Assembly: GCA_973895155.1 (NCBI GenBank)
Contig: OZ316898.1
Coordinates: 5,505,079-5,569,078, forward strand
Length of the DNA stretch: 64,000 nucleotides
From: Marsupella aquatica
Taxonomy: Eukaryota > Plantae > Marchantiophyta
Direction: 5' to 3'
Shown here: piece by piece, positions 48,656-62,499 of the stretch
Layout: the number at the start of each line of letters is the position of its first letter
Numbering within the stretch: the first letter of the stretch is position 1
Notes under the pieces: generated by a model
Seen by the model: only the letters and a program-made list of their open reading frames with translations
Database searches by the model: none
Told to the model about the DNA's origin: nothing
Translations under genes and position numbers: made by a program

Positions 48656-50622
48656 GTTTTGACGTGTTGTTATCAAGACCCAGAAAATGGCTACCAGAAT
48701 ACATGGGCTACCAAAATGCATATCCCATAAGGGTGATAAGTGCAAAAACTCCACAGCTGTAAGACTTTGCTTAGGGGAGTACTTTGACATGCCCTAGTGT
48801 TATTTGTTTTGCTGTGCCACTTTCAAGCTTCTAAGAATGTCACCCAAAAAACCTCTTTAAAACACCACTAGCCATAATTATACAAGGGGAAGTGTCCAAG
48901 ACATCCCCCTTTTTCCAAATTTCAGTCACTTTTTTCCTCTGCAATGCCAGTTTGTTCCTTGATTTCAAGAAAATACTATTTTAATGGTAGGTGTATATAT
49001 GTATCCTTAGCTTTTGAACGGCAGGTGTGCTTTGAGACTGTCTACTATAAAGTTTGAGCTAGGGTCATTAGAAAGGGGTGAGGTGGTTGGTCTGGTTGAT
49101 TTTTAGGGCCTCTAGTCAAATTTCTCTATGTGACCCTCCTGTGTAGTTTAAATAGGAGCTTGATCAGACCTTTCACTTTGCCATTACTTAGGTAGCTGGC
49201 CAAAGGGACTTTCTCCTGGAACTTTGAGGTTTTCTGGCTCTTTGATCTCCTTAGGATTTTCCCTTACTTTTGGCCAGCTCCTTAAATTGTCTATCCTGCC
49301 TATGGGATTGTGTCTCATTTTCCATCTGACACCGATTGTCCAATCTGCCTCCAAGACATGCCCATGGCCCTGGTAGCTAGTTTGTCCCGAACCTTGAATG
49401 TCTCAAGCTAGTCTCAAACATCGGGACCAGTTTGGCCCCAACTCTAACAACCATCTATATGGCTCCATCTCAACCAAGATTCTGAGGGCAAGATGCACTT
49501 GGACCTCAACATCCGTGCCTATTCTATGTTGGCCTCCCCAATGCAAGCTCCCGTGGGAAACTGAACATGACTTGGTTGCTAGTTTGGTAGGATTGGCAAG
49601 CGGGTGAGATAGCTCTTGCAAACTGAGAGGACCAAAGGCACTCTCAGAGATCAACTGATATAAGGAGGATATAGTCCTGCTTAAGAGCTTTCCATCGCAC
49701 CTAATAAGTCCTCCAATGGGCTTTGTGTTGAGGAGATATATTGTCATTTTTGTTTGGCATTTCCACTTAGTAGCGTGACCGCCATGCTTCACAACTTGGC
49801 CTCGCCCCTCCCCACATATATGCTTCCAGAGACCTGCCACCCCTGGACTAACGTTGGTCCCCTATTTTTGGCCCTCTGCCTAGTTCCAACCTGATTGACT
49901 GGACAAAATTAGAGCTAACTTGGTTAGTAGGCCCATTCCTCTCTACTTAGTTAGATATCTGTAGGTGAAGTGCTTTAGCGTTGTGATTGGGCTGACATAG
50001 CACTGATCATGCTTGGGCCCTCAATCATAACACATTGTCAATTAGGGATGGCTATGCCCGAGTCATGTTGTATCTCATGCGCCAAGCCTCCATTCCGCCT
50101 GAACTAACTTCTTTGGCCTTGGGCCCAAGAGGAGCTCTCATTCAAGCCCTCAGAACTTAGAGTCCATCCTGGGGTCTAGATGGTCTCCCCTAAGATCGGC
50201 ACTTCCCATGACCCAACCAGCTCCCAACACCAGTGTAAGTCCCTTGAGTGCACCGCTAGCTCAACGTGTCGTCTTTGCTAGACAGTGCAATGCTTCCATG
50301 CCCACAAGTCCCCACCAGATGGCCGTCTCGGGGGTCTGGACCGGCCATAGAGGAGATCAACGTCGGAGTGAGCAACGCTAGCTAGAGTTGAGTGGTAAGG
50401 TAGTCGAGTTCCGCCACTGGCCCCCAAGTGCGGAGAAGTATCTGCTCTAACAACAGATCTCTCACTGAATTTGTTAAGTATGGGTGGTGATCTCACTAAA
50501 TACGCATTAGGAGGGTGGCGAGTTTTCAAGAGGTGAGGAAGAGTGAGCAAGAGTATTCATTTGATGGGCGCTAGTGTCAAAAAATAGGGGATTAGGTGGC
50601 AAGATTTAAAGAAGCTATGCTA

Positions 50623-53303
50623 CACTGTTTACCGTAATTAGTATCATAACTTATTTAGTCTCCTTGCATAAATAGTCTCACACACACTATTAAGGGTGTG
50701 AGGACAAAGCTCCAAAAAATATAAAAACTAAGTTCCTTATTAATCTCCTATGCATTAATAAAAAAGATCACTACAGTACACTTTTTAAGACAACAGATTT
50801 TGTTTTCATGTGAGAGTATAAAGGACTGCTTCTTTGCAAACTGATGGATGACTTTTACAAAACCAGGGTCAAACTTGGGACCAAACTATAGGCGGCACTG
50901 GTGCAGCAACCCTAATACACTCCCAACCACAACTTCGCCTAAATTTCCGCCAAACTTCTGGCCTACACTCCCCTCGACCATCCCAACCCTTGGCCGGCCC
51001 TATCCGTGACCTAAACACTTCCCAAAACTTGTTTACCAATCTCATAACATTCTCGCCAAATTTCTGTGTGTTTTCTCAAGTTTCTGCATCGCGGCATTCT
51101 CCACAATGGATTTCCATTCTGCATCGCCTCTAATATCTGCATTAATTTGCTCGATCTCGACTTAGAGTGAGGAACATAGGGAGGACTGGAGTTTCGACAC
51201 AACTTGCAGAGCTTGTCGAAGATGTTCCAGAAAACTCATTACCTGAAGCTCTTTCTCTAGATCGATCAGTTGCACATACAGAAGCTGTCCAGACAAAGCG
51301 TAAGAGAGCACCTCAGTACGTCGTGACCATGCAAGATCGTAAGAAGGTAGTTTTGTGGATGAGGCAAGATAGAGAGGCGAATGGCCAAGCTGGACTGTGT
51401 TCAAGGACTGTTAAGGAGTTCACAACGTTATTTCGAGGTAGTGAGAATGCAAATCTCAAGAAGGCTGCAGATTGGTGGAAGAATCAAGCAATTTGGTTGC
51501 AAATTAGCAAAGAGATAGACGTATCCATCAATGTTCGTAAGGATGGAATCATTCAAAAGATGTTGCAAAAGGCAAGAGAAGGTCGAGGCAGGAAGACAGA
51601 GGATTGGGTTACGTGGTTGTACCAGTCTACAGTGGACGAGTTCAATCGATTACGAAAGGCAGGAGTGAAATTTTCACCGAAGCTTTTGCAGTAGTTGGCA
51701 AAGCAAGTGCTTGACGAATCAACTCATCCGCAATTCTCTTCAACATTTCTGTCAGGAGGAATTCCTATCTCAGAAAAGATTACACTTCGCTGGATTCAGA
51801 GATTTATGGGGAAGTGTAACATTGTTGGCAGGGCACAAACAGGGAAACTGATGGTGAGTGCAGAGAAGCAAGAGCACATAGATAAAGAGATCGCTTTCCA
51901 TTTGGGACAACTCAAGAGAGAGTTTGAAGCAGGGACCCTGAATGAAGACCTTGTTGAAAATGTTGACGAAACTCATTTCGTTGTCAACATTGACAATGGC
52001 AAGACACTGGGATTTTGTGGTGATGACAATGTCAAGTATGCAGATGTAGTTTCTGGTGGGCAAGGCATGACCATGATCGTACGTCTCATTGGAGGGTCTC
52101 GATCTATCATAGAGGTTCCTATGATTGTTTTCCAGAATGATCGTTGCTCTTATCCTATTAGGAATGTGGAGGATACAATTCCTGGTGTTGCTTACAAATC
52201 TGCAAAGAATGGTTTCGTGACGAGAGCTGTCTGGAATCAATGGTTAAATGAACCGCGCTGCCAAGTCACCAATCTTCAAGGTGGGCAAACGAGAGTGATT
52301 TTTGTCGACAATTTCAAGGGCCATGACTATACAGAAGCATCTTTCACCACGTTGCAGAGATTGAATGCTACCATACGCAACTTACCTCCATGCTCCACTG
52401 ATAAGACGCAGCCTTGTGATTCATTTGTGATCTCCAAGATCAAGGATGCGTGGACAGATGCCTGGGAGAAGCACAAGTTGAAGACGATCATGAGTGGAAA
52501 TGGATTTCAAAATTCTGGTCGAAGCAGTGGGCAGAATTCTGGAGCAGTGAAGAATCCTGGCAAACAATTTTTCTTAAAGCTTGCTGCAACATCTGTACAG
52601 AAGGTCAATCAACAACGAGACAAGCACACTGGTATAACATATGCAAGGAAGACTATGATTCATTGTGGTCTTTCCCTTGATATCAATGGAGTGTGGCATG
52701 AACAGCAATTGAATCCAGATCTTCAAAATTTGATTCAAAAATACAGGATTCATTTTGAAGGCACACCTGTGCCTTGTATGGGACATGTACCTGATCAAGA
52801 TACAGAGATTGACATTGTTCCTGTAATTTCACCACAGATTAGTAGTACTGATTCTGATTCACAAGAGGAACCGCTTGTGGATTCTGAGTCTGAAGGCAAT
52901 GATTTTGGATCACAAGATGATGAATCTGGACATGACAATTCTGGATCTGAAAATGGATTGGAGTAGACTTGGATTACAGGAGTATGAGTAGGGAGTTTAG
53001 TCAATTGTCATAGTATGATTTTGATTGTATTCCTAACCTGATTTTAATAAATAATGTTTTGATTTTATATGCCCTTGCAAATACATCTTACTGGCTCGAA
53101 AAATTCATAAGTTACACACATTAATTGAGTATTCATCACACACTATTTGTGGGTCACCAAAAATAATCTCCCTTACTTTAATTTAGAATAACATGTATTT
53201 ACTCTCAGTTCTTATATAGTCTCACACACATTAATTATGGTGATATCCTTCAAAAACCTTTGTTCGTAAATACTGTGTGTGATACTAATTACGGTAATCA
53301 GTG
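50623..53303 (+). mobile_element. Full-length pogo-like (IS630-Tc1-mariner superfamily) DNA transposon, 2,681 bp
   Basis: TA|CACTGTTTACCGTAATTAGTATCA (50623-50646) and TGATACTAATTACGGTAATCAGTG|TA (53280-53303): 24-bp TIRs with 1 mismatch and TA duplication; subterminal tcacacac repeats. Confidence 0.93.
51167..52966 (+). pseudogene. pogo-type DDE_1 transposase interrupted by one in-frame TAG (51692-51694)
   Basis: Two adjacent same-frame ORFs; HTH-like region (WIQRFM), catalytic ENVDETH, IFVDNFKGH, TQPCDS (36 residues between D2 and D3), acidic tail. True start unclear. Confidence 0.88.
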
Positions 53304-55229
53304 TACATATCTACCAAGAGAAATATTATACAAACAATCCCAAAATAAAAAATACTATTATTAAACTAACAAACCCCTAGATTTTTGTTGGTGATTTTGG
53401 TGATTTTAGGCAGATGACAGGGAGGATTTTGGTGTTTTGAAAGAAGATGTTGTTCCAAAATTTATGTGCTTAGATATGTCAACTGCCTTTTGTGTCTCCT
53501 GTAATGCTTACAAATTTTCTCTTTGGGTGAAAAGTTTTTCCCACTTTTAAACTTTGTTCACCAGATTGAAAATTTCTTATTCACCTTAGATTCATAGTCT
53601 GTTCTGGGATTCACGAAATTGCCAACTGACCCAAAGGGTGGTCCTCTTTTCTTGTCTGCCCCCAACCGCACGTGCCCCTTCTCACCCTTCCCTTATAGCC
53701 CAACTGTAGCCTTCCTGAACCACCTTGCGGTCAACTGACCCAGGGGTGGTCAGAGAAGAGACTGAGGGAATCCAACACCATCAGATCTTGACAGGGGGGA
53801 CACAAACAGCCATTTGATGCCAAGGAGCTACCCTGGGTTACTTTTCTTGACCCACGGAAAAAAACAATGACAATTTGATAAATATGAAAAAAAATGGTGA
53901 CAATGTATATTATATGATGTTACAAAAAGATGACAGTGTATAATTATATGCAACAAAAAGAGGACAACGTAATGATTCTTAGATTTTGTGTGTGAATTTC
54001 TAGACCCTCTATGCTTAATTTGCATTAGGGAGTAATCAGTTTCTCTTTATCTCTTGCATCGGGGAGCAATAATTCTTCTGAGGGAAAATCACAAATATAA
54101 TGCTTGTACGAGACTCCCAAGAAAGCACTTGCAAACAGTGACAAAAGCGCAAAATAACATTAATTTGGAACATAGTTGCATGTAGCTTTTAGTTGAGCGT
54201 GTGCCAAGTACACACTCTTCTTATTATTTTTGTGGAGATTCTCTAGCTCACTGCAAACTTTTGAGTAACAAATTGCACAAGTTTTTGTGCAGATTCCCTC
54301 ATTGATCTAACTTTTGAGGAACAAAGTGGACAAGCACACTGATTTTCTCTCTGTTCAAACTTGTAAGCAAATAAATAAATGGTAATATTTGGAACAAGCA
54401 AGAGTATCTCCAAAGGGGCCAGTTTGGCAATTGACATCCGCCAAACAGTGGGCTGGAGGTCAAAAAATACTTGTTTCTTCCCGACCATTCACTGGCCAAT
54501 GTAATTAAACTGATGGCAGTACAGTGTTGTAATTATATGTATAACTGGAAAGGAACAAAAATGCTGAACTGAGAGACATGATCCCAAAAGCTAAAAACCC
54601 AATAAAGGGGGAAAACGTACAAATTAAGGAGAAAAACCAGAAAAACGCAAGAGCCAGACAACCAAAGGGCCGAAAAAGCTGAAAAGCCCACAGGGCCAAA
54701 GAACAAAATCCTCGCCAAATGGCCAAAGAACAAGTCAGAGCCCTAATTCTCCCCCAATGAGCCATGTACTGAACCGCTTGGTAGAGCATTGTAACTTTTT
54801 TTTGAGTCTGCTACTTTTGAGCGAGATAGCGGCTGTCAAATATTTACTCATCCTCAAATACATTGACAGACCAAATGTTGACCATGTATACTCAAATTCA
54901 TCCTCCATGTGAATGATCCTAGAGTTTCACGTGGCAATTGCACAGCCCGGGGTCCTCACTTCTTCTCTTTTGACCCATCACACCTGGAGAAGTTAGAGAC
55001 TTTTTAATTCAATTGCACAAAAGAATTTAAACTTTTTGTTGAATAAATATAGGGGTGTTTTAATCCAATTTTGAGAATTATAGGAACTATAGGGCCTTTT
55101 CAATACCAAATGTGGGGATATCCCTAGAATATTTCATAAAGTTAGGGGTTTAAATATAGTAAAAATCTACTTTCTTTTCTTAAATTTGAGTGGATTTATT
55201 ACTTGAAAACTTTGCGCGTGATATGGGAC

Positions 55230-55660
55230 CTCCCTTGGAGTGAGGGGCCCCCAGCTGCAGAGATGGCATCCATGGGACAAACTATACAACAGCGTGCTTC
55301 AACATTCTACATATATCTCAAGATCCATGCGTTGGCAGTGGGCAAAGATTGTGGGCAAACATTTTGGGACCGGGCCAGGTCACGGAGTGAGCACAAAGCA
55401 TCATGTAAAGAACAAGCCAAGGGTTGTGGGTTCAGGGGGGAAATTCCATCAAAGGAAATGCGAACTTCAGCATTAAGCAATACTGTCATTGGCAACTTTG
55501 TTGGTGCTAGGTAGATGACTTGAAAATAGGTAGGACAAAGAAGACATGCAAGAAGACATTATGATGAAGGCAAAGGAGTTGCACAAGCAGAAAAATCCGA
55601 AAGGGAGATCATTTGCATTTGAAGACTCCTTGGGCATTTTGAAGGACTGCCCCAGGTAGG
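55230..55660 (+). mobile_element. PIF/Harbinger Myb/SANT-like (NAM-associated type) gene remnant
   Basis: AVGKDCGQTFWDR then, after a frameshift, EDIMMKAKELHKQKNPKGRSFAFEDSLGILKDCPR*, matching F.FEHCW.IL...PKW. Confidence 0.65.
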
Positions 55661-55704
55661 GAAATCCAGCAGACAAGATGGCAAAGGGGAAGAGCATGAT
55701 GTCT

Positions 55705-56205
55705 AGGAATTGGCCTTGTCAAGCAACAAGGCAGGCCTTCCTTATTTCCCAAAGCATGGAATCCAATGAGCCCTGCAAACATATCTGGAATCCTCTCTCT
55801 TGGTTGATAGTAATTAAGTTAGTTCATGTTGTTGGCTCCTTGAGGTAATTCTCTTGTAGTTGTGCAGAATATGACTTATAATGCCTCCAAGCTGTAATTT
55901 CTCCAATCCTGCAATATTCATCAGTCTGTATTATCAATCATGTACATTGCTAATAATTGTCACAGTTGCTGTGATTTTCTGATAATTATGGCCTACAGCA
56001 TCTGACTTCTACACAAAGTAATATTGTCATGCACACAATAATGCAAATGAATGCTCATCCTATTCCTCCTCCTGATCGATGACATAGTACAAGTTCACAC
56101 TATGTAGGATTTGGAGCAATCAAAGTAATCCTACCATATGGATGGTGACCAGCAACTCTGTTCATGCTGACATTTGTGCTCCTGCCTGGCCTTGAGCCTC
56201 CACAG
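55705..56205 (-). mobile_element. PIF/Harbinger transposase N-terminal remnant
   Basis: GGSRPGRSTNVSMNRVAGH...APNPT, YFV*KSDAVG, QKITA, ERGF..CLQGSLDSMLW..RKACLVA*QGQF, matching RGFPGMLGSIDCMHW.WK.CP.AW.GQ. Confidence 0.75.
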
Positions 56206-57708
56206 TCTGATTCCATCATGTGGTGGCAATGTTTTTCATGGCAAAGGGGCCTGTGAATATGAACACTTCCCAGAACTAGGACTCTTCCTATATTTTGGCT
56301 AGCTTGTCTTGCATCCGTCTTTTGAGATGGATCTTCCCTTTGCTTCAGCCTCCAAATCATTTATGGTGTCTATCCTGTTGGGGGCCTCACTTCTAAACAC
56401 TCTCATATCAGGTGCAACAGTTGATAGTGTCTAACTTTTAATTCAATTTTGAGGAGAAATCATAAAGAATGCATATGGCAGAAAGTGAGTGCTCAATTTG
56501 TTGAATGTCATGTGTCATTCCGTGATTAGTTCAATTTTTAAGTTGACAAGGGTATATGAAGATAGTCCAAAACATCCCAGGTGATGTGGGTTGGAGTGCC
56601 AGCTGTCTACAAGAGGGCACACAAATTACGCAGGACAATAGGGCACAATGGTGAAGCTTGACTTCTTAAAGTGAGAAAGGGGCACAACATCAAGAATTCA
56701 TTGCATGCATGAGAGTTGACAACATCGTCCCTGAGGTTCATTCAAACCGTCCTTCTTTGGCCAGGTTTAAAGGTGTGGTGAGGGCATAGGGGCCAGATTT
56801 ACAGGACCCGATGGGGGTGTGTAAAACAATAGCAATGGCTAATTTGGGTGATGGTCAGCCAACCTTGCTGAAATGCTGGATAAATGATCCAAGGAAGCCG
56901 CCCAAGGTGCTCTTACATTCATTATAATTAGTAGCATTTAGTTTAGAGTCTGCCAAGTACTCACTCTTCTTACTTTAGGAAAGCTAATGCCAATACCATT
57001 GGAGCTCTGCATCGAGGGGGGGGGGGGGGTTAGGAAGTCAAAAGATTCCCTAGTGCATGGTTCAACAAAGATGTAAAAAGATTTAAGCCTTATTTGAATT
57101 CATTGAACTTTCCCCTTTGATATGGAGATATGTCATTTGAGTCCACCAAACACATGCATTTAACTCTTTGGCTCCAAATCTGACATGTAAACATAGATTT
57201 CACTCATACTAGAAGCTTTCAGTGGATTCCTCCTCAATTCTGTACAGGCAGCAGACAGCTTCAGTTTTCACTCAACTTCAGGAAGGAGTTGGTTACCATG
57301 TGGTTAGAGTATACACAGCCTGTTATACTTCCATATATGACACCATAAGCTTCCTAGGGTATTTTGACATTGCAAAATTCCAAAGTCCATCTGAGTAGCA
57401 GTGTGAAACATTGTGTCCATCTCTCTCTCCCTTCCATTTCCACATGGCCAACTTCTATTGGTAGTGCCAAACATTGTGGCCCGCACTGTGGCCATCCAAG
57501 CTTCCACTTCCATCTGTCCAACTTGGACTGGTATTGTCACAGCTTCCACTTCCATCTGTCCAACTTGGATTGGCTCTTGGGATTTTATATTCTTGGGCCT
57601 TCCCTTATTTTCCCTTTGTTTTATCCCTCCTTTATTGCGTTTGTAGCCTTTGGGATCTCGTGTCACACCTTTTGTATTTGGAGTCTATATATGTATATTA
57701 TTACATTA

Positions 57709-59072
57709 CTAGCCCAATACAGTGCGTTGCACAAAAGATGTCGAGGTGAGAAAAATATGTTGAGGTGAGAAAAAGATATCAAGGTGAGAAAAAGGTGTGA
57801 GGCAAGAAAAAGACTTTGAAGTGAGAAAAAAATATCAAGGTGAAAAAAAGATCAAGCCAAGACAAAGACGTCAAGGAGAGAAAAAGATTTTGAGGTGAGA
57901 AAAAGATGTTGAGGAAATAAACGGATGTTGAGGAAAGAAAAAGATGTCAAAGCAAGAAAAATATATTGACTGAGGCAAGAAAAGATGTTCAGGCGATAAA
58001 AAAATGTTAAAGCCAAATAAAGATCTCAAATTAGGGCAAAGACATTGAGTAAAAAAAGATATTGAGGCAAGAAAAATATAGAGGCAAAGATATATGTTGA
58101 GGCAAGAAAAGATGTCAAGACGCAAAAAGATGTTGAGACAAGGCAAAGATGTCAAGGTGAAGCAAGAAAATGTAGGGCTTTGCGAGGTATACGTTGAGGC
58201 ATGTTATGTGTCATTGCAGCCATATAGTTGTTGCAGCCATGTCAAGGCAACGCAAAATTGTTGAGGTGAGGCAAAGATGTTGAGGCAAGTTTAGATGTTG
58301 CAATGAGGCAAAGACGTTGAGGCAAGAAAGAAATGCACGTCTGCCAAAGAATTGTAGACAATGCAAAGAAATGCAAGTAGGGCAAGAAAGTTGTTCAAAC
58401 ATCTCAAATGTTATTGTGACCATGTTGTCATTGTTGTGATAGCTATGTTGTTTAGGAGAGCAAGGATGTGGGAGGGTGAGAGGGAGTGCAAGAGAGGTGA
58501 GGGCCCCTCGGGGCTTTGCGGGTCAAGCTGTGGTGCACAATGCTATTGGGAGGGGAGCATTTTAATTTTTCTCTTCCTTTTTTCCTATTTCTTCACTCCC
58601 TCACCACTCCATTCCTCCCCCTCTTTCTTACCTTTGGCACCATTAAATAAACCAAAAAAATGCAGAATTAAATAAAGAGAAGAGAAAATGGAGTTAAAAA
58701 CAATTTAACCCATTTTGGTTCTTTTTAAAGTTTCATAATCATACCCTATGCAAAAATCCAATTTTTTTGTCATGCCCCAAAAGTTTCTCCTTCCTATGTG
58801 GTGTACTTTAATAAAAGAAAAAGCAACATTTAAAATGATGTCACATAAGGTAGAATCTCACATTTTGAATGATGTCACGTACGAATCATGTCATGTACTT
58901 TGTATTCTACTATAATGATAAGTATATCACTTGACATTCATGGTCAATCAATCCAAGAATGCACAAAAACATTAAAAAAATCTGACGGCTCAGGTTAATT
59001 CACTCCATTTTTAATTTTGTAAGCATAGGAAAGAGCTTTTTGGATACATTAATATTATAGAAGTACTGTAGA
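57709..59072 (-). mobile_element. Non-autonomous Helitron-like element 3 with the same minisatellite
   Basis: aCTAGcccaatacagtgcgttgcac 3' end (57709), array 57735-58330, candidate 5' end A|TCtacagtacttctataatattaa on the minus strand at 59072. Confidence 0.65.
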
Positions 59073-60503
59073 TAATATTCTGTACAGTGTTGATGGGGCT
59101 TTGAATCATAATTGAATCCCGCACAGCACAACCAGTTCGCTTTGCAAGCTCCACTTTATCAGGACAACAACGACCTACCGTCCCCAGCATTGCCTGCATC
59201 ACAGCCCACCTCAGTCCCCATTCCCCTCCCTTATTCTACCGCGTTTTCTGTACAGTGAGATGACACAGCCCCTCACAACCTCAAACCTTCCTTGGTGGAT
59301 TATTTCGTGTTTACTTGGTGGCGTGAAGCAGTTCCTTAACAACCATTTGAATATCTCTACGGAGACTCAGTCACCATCATAATGATAGGTTGCTCACCCT
59401 ACTCACATAACTTGCGAAATCGAAAATTCAGTTTAATCTGATCAGGGAGTGACTAGACTGAGATTTAGTCCTTTTTAATGATAAGCTCACAGTACATAGA
59501 AAAACAAGCGAAGACAAGAAGCGAAGTCAAGTCAAGTCAAGTTGTGATTCGTATTGTGTGGTATGAACGGATGGCAAGTTTTTGGCTGCAAACCTTGCCA
59601 TGATCCTTATGCCCAGAGTGAATAGAAAAGTGTGAATAAATCAAAGCAGGAAACAAGCGGCGCCAAGTCAAGTCAAGTCAAGTTGTGCTTCGTGTTGTGT
59701 TCTATGCGGATGGCAAGTTTTCCTAACGCCTCATCCACTTGGGATATCATTACAAAAGACTCTGTCTATCCAGCCCAAACAACTCACAGTCTTGCAAAAC
59801 TTTTTTTTTTGCCTGGCTTGGAAAACTTGTATACATTCGATGAATAACAGCATGATTACTGAGCGGACGCCTTGCAACACAGAGCCAAGAAAGTGTTGTA
59901 GATTACCGTAGTCACAATTTTCCAGATCGATAGAACAATATGCCGGTCATTTTGGAGAATTATGAAGAAATTACGATTGAGACTCGACAGCCTGAACAGA
60001 TTGGAATGGGACTGTGAATAACACGTCTTTGGTTGCAGTAGATCCCAACCAGATGCTTTTGGCTACATGGGAACGAAAGACCCAAAAGCTCTACTCATAT
60101 AATGGATGTATTTATTTGTTTGATGGGATCCCAAAATAAAAAAGTGATACTTGATAGGATCCCTGAGATTTTGGGTAAGTTCATTCAAGAGGTATCTCAC
60201 TCAAGGGTCTTATCAAATAACATTTTACATTTTAAAATTCAATCAATCAAATACCATAAAACGTTTCGGCTGGAGAAATCATATCACAGTGTGAAAACAA
60301 TTTTATATAACCTTTCGAGAACAGAGAGGGAACTAGGATACCTCTAGGGTTGGTGGGCTGATCAATTTCATTGTATGATTGGAAGCCGTCACGGCATCTG
60401 AAGTCGAATTTTGTGAGATTCCAGCCTGAGCTCATGATTTATTACAGCCAGTTTGTCCAACCAAGGTCAGACATCTGGAAAGGCGTTGAAAATGGAGCAG
60501 GAA

Positions 60504-60608
60504 TTTTTTTTATAAAGGGCTTGTTATGCCCTGCCACAACTATACCGACCGGGGTTCAAACCCGGGCCCGCCAAGCCGCCGACCAAGTCCCCTAGGCGAG
60601 GCTCCATC
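60504..60608 (-). mobile_element. tRNA-like SINE-type module with poly(A) tail
   Basis: Minus strand: A-box-like tcgcctagggg (60589-60599), T-arm/B-box ccggg-TTTGAAC-cccgg (60549-60565), then tail ending ataaaaaaaa (60504-60511). No TSD found. Confidence 0.5.
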
Positions 60609-62499
60609 AGGACGGAAGAAGACAGAGAGAGAGTCAAGAGCCTCCCACAAAAAACGTAGGAAATTCAAAGAAACAAAGAATTTAGGGACTTCCCGAAAAG
60701 GTGGCACAGACAGTCAACTAGGAGCCGACGGTGAATCTACCGTTAGGAGATTGCTCCGTAGGCCAAAGTTGATGGTATCGCCGTCAACGAGGATCGAAGA
60801 TCGAGGCCACCTAATTTCTCCTCATTGACTGTGATATCCACGTGGTCAGTAGACTGGAGCCGATTTGTGTATTATCCTTGTAAAAGTCTCTGGTTAGGAT
60901 ATTGTCCTAGACAAAGGCCAAGGGTAGAACTGCTCCAAGTGCTTGTGGGGGGAATATCAAGACTCTTTGGAGCTCTGATTGTCCTTAGTTTTGGTATAGT
61001 TAGTGGAGATATTTGTTTGATAGACCCCCAAAATGAAACTTGTTATTTGATAGACCCCCTGAGGTCTATCAACGGTCCAGATATGAGATCGAAAGGTCCA
61101 TCAACGATCCAGATTGGAGAAAAGTATGAGAAGGTTGATTAAGCAAATTTTTTCCAGAAGAGGGTCTACTAAGCATATGTCTCATAGTTAGTGACTCAAA
61201 ATCTGCGAGGGATCCAAGGAGGGCTGATAGTGATTTATCGTTTACAAAGCATTGAGGAATACCATGCCCTTAGAGCTTCAGCTAGCCTTGTGAGGGACTA
61301 TTACTACCTATAATGCCATGGTACCAAGATCTTAATACACTTGCCAAAGGGCGTGGGTTTCCAGTTCGTCTAATTTAAGCAAAAGTACTGAGTTTTTAGT
61401 TTCACTCATTTTCAGTAAAAGGAGAGGAGAGTCTTCCTCATAAGGTGATCCAAATCTTGGCTGGGTATTCTTCTCCAAGGATGACTGGAAAAATACAAAG
61501 GGAACAGGCTTACCTGGAATTATGTTGTAGCTAGGTACCAACAGATAAAGCAATCAAGCAAGACATTTCCCCTCAATTTGCAACATCCCCATCTAGCCAA
61601 GATGGTTAATTTCCAGATCTAAGGGCTCTCCTTAAACCGAATGGTTCCTTAATCGAATGGTTCATGGGCCTGCATCAGGAATGTTATGACAGAAGCTGCC
61701 TCCTAAGGAAGGAGTGCAATCCCTTTCCCAAAATGAGAAAATTTTGTTGTGTAAGAGCAACCGAGTTGAGAAAGAGAATGACCAACAGTGCATGGCTTCG
61801 TTCTCAATGCATGAGGATTTTTCAAAAGATCTAGACCGTCCATTCTTATCCTTTCATTGACTGACCGACAGAAATATGGAGAGCAGGTGACTCATGCCCT
61901 GTAAGGTAGTCTACCAATAAAATGGCCCTTAGGGAAAATGTTCTTACAACAAAGTTTAGAAAACCTGTAGAAAAAGCTCACAAACTTTCCAAAAAGGTAG
62001 GATATATTTGGGGAAACATTATACCGTGGATAAGCATTCCTGGGAAACTCAATTATTGTTGCCTGTTGGGTCCACCCTTCAATATTGCTCTTCCCATCAC
62101 ACAATGGTGAAGACATGAGTGTTTCAGACTAACCTACCGTTTCTGAATCCAAAGATATGCAGAGTGTTCTCACCATGTGGGGGTATCACTACATGGAAAC
62201 GTCCCCATCACCTGGAACTTTTTTAGGCCCTGGACCCCCTAAAATATAAGAAAAGATTCATTTAAAAACCCTTATAAAGTTTAAATATTTTTGGAATATT
62301 CCAAAAGTATGATTAAAAACACCCAAATGTTCTTAAAAGTCTCATCCAATTTAGTCATCCGGATTTAAGCTTCCAAGCTAACTAGTTTAGAATGCAGAAA
62401 GGAATACAGGAAAAGGAACTAGGAATGACACTCCCACAGACAGTGGGATAATTGTGCTGGGTTCATAGTTCAGGAGTGGATTCATAGATGAGTTAATTG

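Noticed and set aside
49403-50550. 145-aa and 90-aa minus-strand ORFs near a PBS-like tgggcgctagtgt (~50565)
   Set aside because: Probably decayed LTR-retrotransposon DNA, but no diagnostic motif to support a call.
51692-51694. Programmed readthrough of the transposase TAG (and of the P1 TAG at 24258)
   Set aside because: Neither has a known readthrough context such as UAG-CARYYA; point mutation is simpler.
60549-60575. Functional tRNA gene
   Set aside because: Only a T-arm-like stem; no cloverleaf or anticodon arm, and a poly(A) tail follows, so treated as SINE-like.
61300-62120. Possible LINE zinc-finger/ORF2 remnant (also ~7900-8500)
   Set aside because: Similarity too degraded to support from reading alone.
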